From NCBI GenBank assembly GCA_013239625.1, contig MU053472.1:620001-684000 (forward strand): a stretch of DNA of 64,000 nt. The letters are read 5' to 3'. Position numbers and translations under genes: made by a program. The notes below the pieces were generated by a model. That model saw only the letters and a list, made by a program, of their open reading frames with translations, ran no database searches and had not been told where the DNA came from. Origin of the DNA: Lama guanicoe. Its lineage: Eukaryota. Each line of letters starts with the position of its first letter. Positions within the stretch are counted from its first letter, which is position 1. Of this stretch, positions 58,636 through 64,000 are shown piece after piece.

Positions 58636-60689
58636 CTGGAAAGCAAGCAAAACAAACACGCTGGGTTAACTTTTCAAGGTTAAAAAAGAACCGAGAAGCT
58701 GGGAAATACCCCAATCTGCTTCTTCGATTGAAAACACAGCCACATAATTAAAAATGCATCCCACGGCTCTTGTTCACAAATACAAAGGAAGGGAGAAACC
58801 AAGAAGCAGCCAATCAAATAGTAAAATATGTAAATAGTCCGGCGTGGCTGGATACCCTGTCTCTGGGGAACGAGTTTTCTATAAGTTTGCCCTTTACAGA
58901 CAGGCTCTTCAAGTAAGAAAACAAGATTGAATATTTTAATAGGATGTATGAGACTGCCACACGATGAGGAGGATTCAATCAGACATGGGATGTAGGGGAT
59001 ATAATTTAGTTTTCATACATTTTCTTGGACTTGGCAGTACTTGAAAAACAATGAAAATGACCCAGCAACAAGAGTCCAATTACGAGCACACGTGCAGCTG
59101 CTCAGGCGGCCAGGCTCTTCCCCACACCCGGCCCTTCCCTCATTCTCCATCTAATAATAATTCGATTGGCTAATTTATTTCTGAAGTTGGGTTTGCTGCT
59201 AAAAAAAATCCTAACAAACCAGGGTCTTGGGTCCCTGGAAATGAAGCAGATCACTTCCCACCCTGCTTCTGCCACCCCCAGCCAAAGTCACCTGTCGGGG
59301 CCAGGGAGGCCCGCCTAGCGCTGAGCCAGTGGCTCCAGAACCCCTCCCAGGATGGAGAGAGATGTGAGGAGCCATGAGGGTCCAAGCAGGTCAAACCCAC
59401 TGGGGAGGCAGGGACCACGGCCGGCTCGGTGCCGAAGTCCAGCCGCTGGCCTCAGGGGAGGAGGGTGGGCGCACATGGGTGAAGGTCATGGGCCAGCAAG
59501 TAAACGACCACGGGACAAAGCTGTGCCCACTCTGTTTTATGTTTTCAAGATCCAACCATAAAACACAGCCTGCCGTCTGTCCTTGTTAAGACAACAGGCT
59601 TTTTGAAGTGCTCTCGTTATCTGAGAGTCCTCATCAGCGAAGCTACTTTTGGTCCAGCCAGACTTCAACACCAAAACTTACCAGCCTGTTTTTGAAGTGA
59701 CCCCCCACAGTGGTGGGCGCAGGCAGAGGTACTATACTTAGAAAATCCAGCAATAGGAATAGCATATTATAACTTAGAGAAAGGAAAAGTGTTAACGAAG
59801 GAACCACAGAAGCCAAGAATGTAACTAAACCTCACCTGCTGGGGGCCACAGGGCAGGCAGGGCAAGTGTGGCCAGAACACATGGGGGGCTCCCATCTTAT
59901 TACCGGAATTTTATTTCTGGAATTTGCTGGCCCCTCACCCTGAACTACCCACCAGTCCCCGGGGCCTGCAGACAAAGGATGCGTCTCTTTTGTTCCTGTG
60001 CTGTACACACCGCCCGGCTCTCGCCCTTGGCCGGCCCCAGATGAGCGCATTCAAAGGTGGAAGGCAGCTTCGGACCAAATGCAAATGAGAGGCAGGAAGC
60101 CTCCCTTCCAAAGGCAGTGGCTTCCGAATCGCCAGCTCCATCACAGAAAGGACAGCCTTGCCCTGCCCAGGTGTCGGTTTATCACACGGCAGCCTGCCTA
60201 TTTGCCAGTGAGTACAGGTCTCTTTAGCCCTTTCCACAAAGAAATTAAATGGCATTAGGAGGAGAGTCGCCGTGACAAAGAGGACGGTACGACTTTAAGG
60301 CTGCAACAGCTGATGAGAGGGGAGTGAAGCACAGCGCTATTTAGCCCTTCACAATCAGCCCCTTTCCAGCCTCGCAGAGCTCGCCGGGCACCGGCACCTG
60401 CCCCGGTCATTACCCTGAGCAAATGCTTCCTCTCGGCGCGGCAGTATCAGCGAAGCGCCCGGGCCAAGGCAGCAGTTACTGTCCGCAGCGGGGTTCACGT
60501 GTCAGGCGCAGAGAGCGAAGTGCTGAAACCCATGTTTTGATAGAACATCATTTCACACTCAGGTGGGCAAAGCTGACAAGCATATGCAGCTGTTCGTGGC
60601 AAAGCAACCTGGAAAGCTGAGTGGTCTGGGCTCTTAAAATATTTTTACAGAAAGAGAGAAAATATGAGCAGGGGATTATTCCAATCTAA

Positions 60690-60900
60690 AAATCCCCAAG
60701 TAATTTCAACTCTGAGTCCTCCTCACCCACTACCACCAATCAGTGACCGTTTTACCTTCAAAGTATCTTCACCCCGCTGCTCCTCCACCTCCACCATGAT
60801 TTCAGATCTCACCATCTCTCACCAAGAACGTGGCGACAGCCTCCTCACTGACTTTCCTGTTCCCGTCTCCTCCCCCTGCCACTCCCCTCAGCCTCAACTC
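60690..60900 (+). mobile_element. L2 fragment
   Basis: CACCATCTCTCACC...ACAGCCTCCTCACTGACTTTCCTG matches the L2 sense pattern. Confidence 0.5.
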
Positions 60901-61049
60901 TGGAGACTCTAGAGTTGGACAAAGCAGACCCTCCTGGGGTCCAAGAGCACCACCAGGATGAAGACCCCGGACTCCAGCTGCTCAGCGTGGCCCCTGCCCT
61001 TCTCTTTCCCTGCAGAGGCTCTGCTTGGGGCAGAGCTGGGAAAACCAAG

Positions 61050-62135
61050 GCCACAAGTGGGGCCTGGGGCCCCGGTCCTCGAGCCCGTGCATATCCCCTA
61101 ACAGAACTTCACAAAATCATGCAGCCCCTGCATACATTTTTAAGTTGACATATAAAATTCATCTTGATGGATTTAATTACCAGAATACTGTGAATATTTT
61201 ATTTTTGCAGGGGGTGGGTGGGTAATTAGATTGATTTATTTATTTGGAGGAGGTACTGGGGATTGAACCCAGGACCCTGTGCATGCTAAGCATGTGCCCT
61301 ACCACATTACCCTCCCCCTCTGTGAATACTAACTTTTAAAATAAACCCCTCACATCCCTTCTGTAATACACCCAATGGGACTTATTTGCCATATTGATTT
61401 GATACTCATCATAATTCATTTAAACAACACATAAACAAACTCTTTAAGTTGGAGATTTTACAGCATCTTTTTCTTTTCAAACTTCTATTTCCATGATTTT
61501 TCCCTACAGATTTTTGTCCTAATATAATTGTTTTATGCTTGAAAGTCTTTTATTGATCACCCTATCATACTTCTTGGCCACAAAAATAAGTATGCAAATT
61601 GAAACACTTTTTGTTTGAAATTTTAAAAGTTGAAGCAAAAATATTTTAATTTCTTGGGACCATAAGGCTCTAAGTAATTAAAAATATTCCTTCTGAATTG
61701 CGTTATCATTACAATTATTATCAGGATACAAATTGGGTACATACAATAACAACAAAATGTATTATAATTTTGGTAAAAATTTAATACACATAAACATTAG
61801 TGGAACTGTGTCTCTTAGTGATACGGGTGCAACCTTTCCCTCCGTTCCCTCATTCCATGGATGATTATTTATTGCTAGAATGAAAGAGGGTTCAGCATCG
61901 ATTCTATTCCTATTTTTTAGTTTTTGGAGACATGAATGCTGAGAAACCCTGTCACCTAAACAAGTAGGAATGCGAATGGAGACTTCTGTTATAGCAATGA
62001 CACCCAATTCTTTTAATTCCTTCTGAATTATATGCCAAAAAAGAAAAAAAAATCACATAGTAATCTACCACCAGGAATTAGTTTTAATGACCTACAGCTG
62101 ACAACTCAATTAGGTTCTCCTGCAGTTTGGTTGAG
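61050..62135 (-). mobile_element. hAT-Charlie DNA transposon remnant (transposase C-terminus and terminal region)
   Basis: Across frameshifts the minus strand gives KLQENLIELSA...FWHIIQKELKELGVIAI...GFSAFMSPKTK..RNRIDAEPSFILAI, the hAT dimerization-domain pattern. The left boundary is approximate. Confidence 0.72.
61197..61319 (-). mobile_element. tRNA-Ala-derived SINE (vic-1-like) inserted in the Charlie remnant
   Basis: GGAGGTACTGGGGATTGAACCCAGGACCCTGTGCATGCTAAGCATG. TSD CTGTGAATA at 61188-61196 and 61320-61328. Confidence 0.9.
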
Positions 62136-64000
62136 AACAAAGGCCGGGGAGCCACCTGGCCTGCAGGGATCTGGTCCCCAGCCCTCGACCAGGGCTGCTC
62201 TCGGTCCCTGCACCAACATTCTGACTGGTCCCACTCAGGGCAATGCCCCAGCTGGAGCAAGGAGGGGCCCACTGTGGAAGGCGAGGCGGCCCCGGGACAG
62301 GCGCGCTCTCAGGCAGAGCCACTTCAGGAAAGGGCTGGAAATTGATCCTGAAAGCTCTGTGCCTCCTTTCCCTTCGGGAGACCTCTGCATGCCCCAGGAG
62401 GAAACCGAGGCTGAGGGCGTCCTGAGCTGTGTCCCACGCCCAGAAGGTGTGAGAGCTGGTGCCAATGCTCAGGGGGAGGTAAAGGCACCTGAAAAGAAAC
62501 AGGGCACGCCCATATCCCTTATCCACCCTAAGGAAGGAAAACAAAACTAAAAATAGAACTAGGGAACGAAAAGCCATCCTGGGACGCAGGGTCAGACTGC
62601 CTCCTGCCGCACAGAACGCTTCCCCTGCAGCATCTTTCCTAACCGGGATTTAGCCACGCAGAGAAGCTAAACCATCAATCCTTCAGGTTAACCTTGTCTC
62701 CATCCCATTCTCCAGCTTAAGTGTATGGTTTAATACTTGAGGTCCCCTTAAGGCTATGCATAATGAACTTGGTTTTTTTTTTAAAATTTCTGCTCCCTAT
62801 CACATTAAGAATTAAGATTTGAATCACTGAGCTCAAGTGCTTTCCCCCCATTTGTTGCCCCTCCCCCATGCTCTTGGCCTCAATGGCCAGTGGGAATGTC
62901 CACTGAAGAAAACGTGTTAATGCTGGCATCATGCAGAAGAACCTACAGAGTAATTAACAGGACTTGGACCTAAGGTAGAAGGTCGATGGCAGGGGCTCTT
63001 CCTTGAATTAAAATTTAACTTACCCTTTATTGCAACCTACAAAAGCAAGTAATGAGCACTAACATTTTTATTTCTTTTAAACTGTCATTTAGGCTGTAGA
63101 GGGGATAATTACCTACCTCTAGTGTAGTAAGGTTTTATAACCCTTAGTGAGGCATTTTCTAATTTAATATTTTTACTATATTATCATAAAACCTGTTTCT
63201 GGGAAAAAAATGATCATGGATTAGCAGCCATTTTCCATAAAGACAGAACGCGCGTGTGTGTGTGGTGGGGTGGGGACTAGGATTCAGCTTATTTATTATG
63301 TGATCTTCTGAAGAGACTTAAGTACACACAGTCTGGCCGGCTGTGAGATGCTATATCGCTTGAGTGGCGGGTCAGTTTTCCAGCCCCGAATGAAACGGAG
63401 GTGGACGCGTGTTATGGTGCTGCCCAGCCACGAGCACCTGCAGCCCTCCCTTCAGCTCCACGCGAGCGCTCCTCACCGACAACACAGACCAGTGTCTTCC
63501 ATGCTGTCATCCGGGCAAATGGTACAAAGGAACCCATGAAACTTGCAGATGATCTCTGGGGCTTGCACTTCGCCAGGTCAGGAGTTCGCAGCCTCTGGGA
63601 TAATGACAGACTGTGCCGGCTGCGCCCTGGAACACAGCACTGCACCCCTCTGACTCCAGCCCGGACACCCCTGAGCTGTGCCCTCCTGTCCCTGTAGCCA
63701 AAGGCAGGCAGACAGTGGAGAGAAAGCAGCAAGGCCGCCGCTCCCTAAAAACTTGCACTGCCTCCAAAAGTACATCACAGCCTCTGAGCAAGCATTACAC
63801 ACAGGGGTTCTGAGCCCATCTTCCAGTGGGGACGACATCGCTGCTTCCTGATTAACACTATACACATAATTCGCCCTTGATTAATTTGAGGTTGTTCATT
63901 AGTTGCTTCACGGGGAGAAGGGGATGTCTCCCTAAATATACCAGGCGCATCCCAGAGTGCGCGCTCCCCTCCCCACACACCCAAGGGCCTCGTGCTGAGC

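Noticed and set aside
61762..62135. Domesticated hAT transposase gene (ZBED5/FAM200-like)
   Set aside because: Only the C-terminal remnant is present, with several frameshifts and no intact ORF.
1..64000. Hundreds of 60-180 aa ORFs in the six-frame track
   Set aside because: Expected by chance in GC-rich mammalian DNA, and many start at non-ATG codons. Apart from ACACA exon overlaps and transposon remnants, none resembles a protein family I recognise.
58636..64000. Further AATF exons or intronic small RNA genes
   Set aside because: No minus-strand frame matched upstream AATF sequence, and I could not identify snoRNA boxes or a miRNA hairpin with confidence.

Overview
Mammalian genomic DNA, probably camelid given the vic-1-like tRNA-Ala-derived SINEs. 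The + strand carries the last nine coding exons of ACACA (acetyl-CoA carboxylase 1, carboxyltransferase C-terminal part). They total 1208 nt, all junctions are GT-AG with consistent phases, the stop is at 36397-36399, and the long 3'UTR has two AATAAA signals. The - strand carries the last exon of AATF (58572-58635) and its last intron, tail-to-tail with ACACA. About 9.4 kb of the intergenic space (40770-50160) is a nested cluster of L1 elements with recoverable target-site duplications, an inverted ORF2 block, a SINE/L1-tail chimera and a 114-N assembly gap. Introns hold MIR, L2, L1, Tigger1, Charlie, two solo LTRs and a probable CR1 relic. I found no convincing new gene or biological system. 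The best leads are a 24-bp-arm inverted repeat carrying TAATTA motifs (10629-10819), homeodomain-motif-rich islands that could be long-range enhancers, a 114-bp duplication next to a splice acceptor, and the nested retrotransposon architecture. Repeat family names and cross-species comparisons are from memory, not searches. Repeat boundaries without TSDs are approximate.
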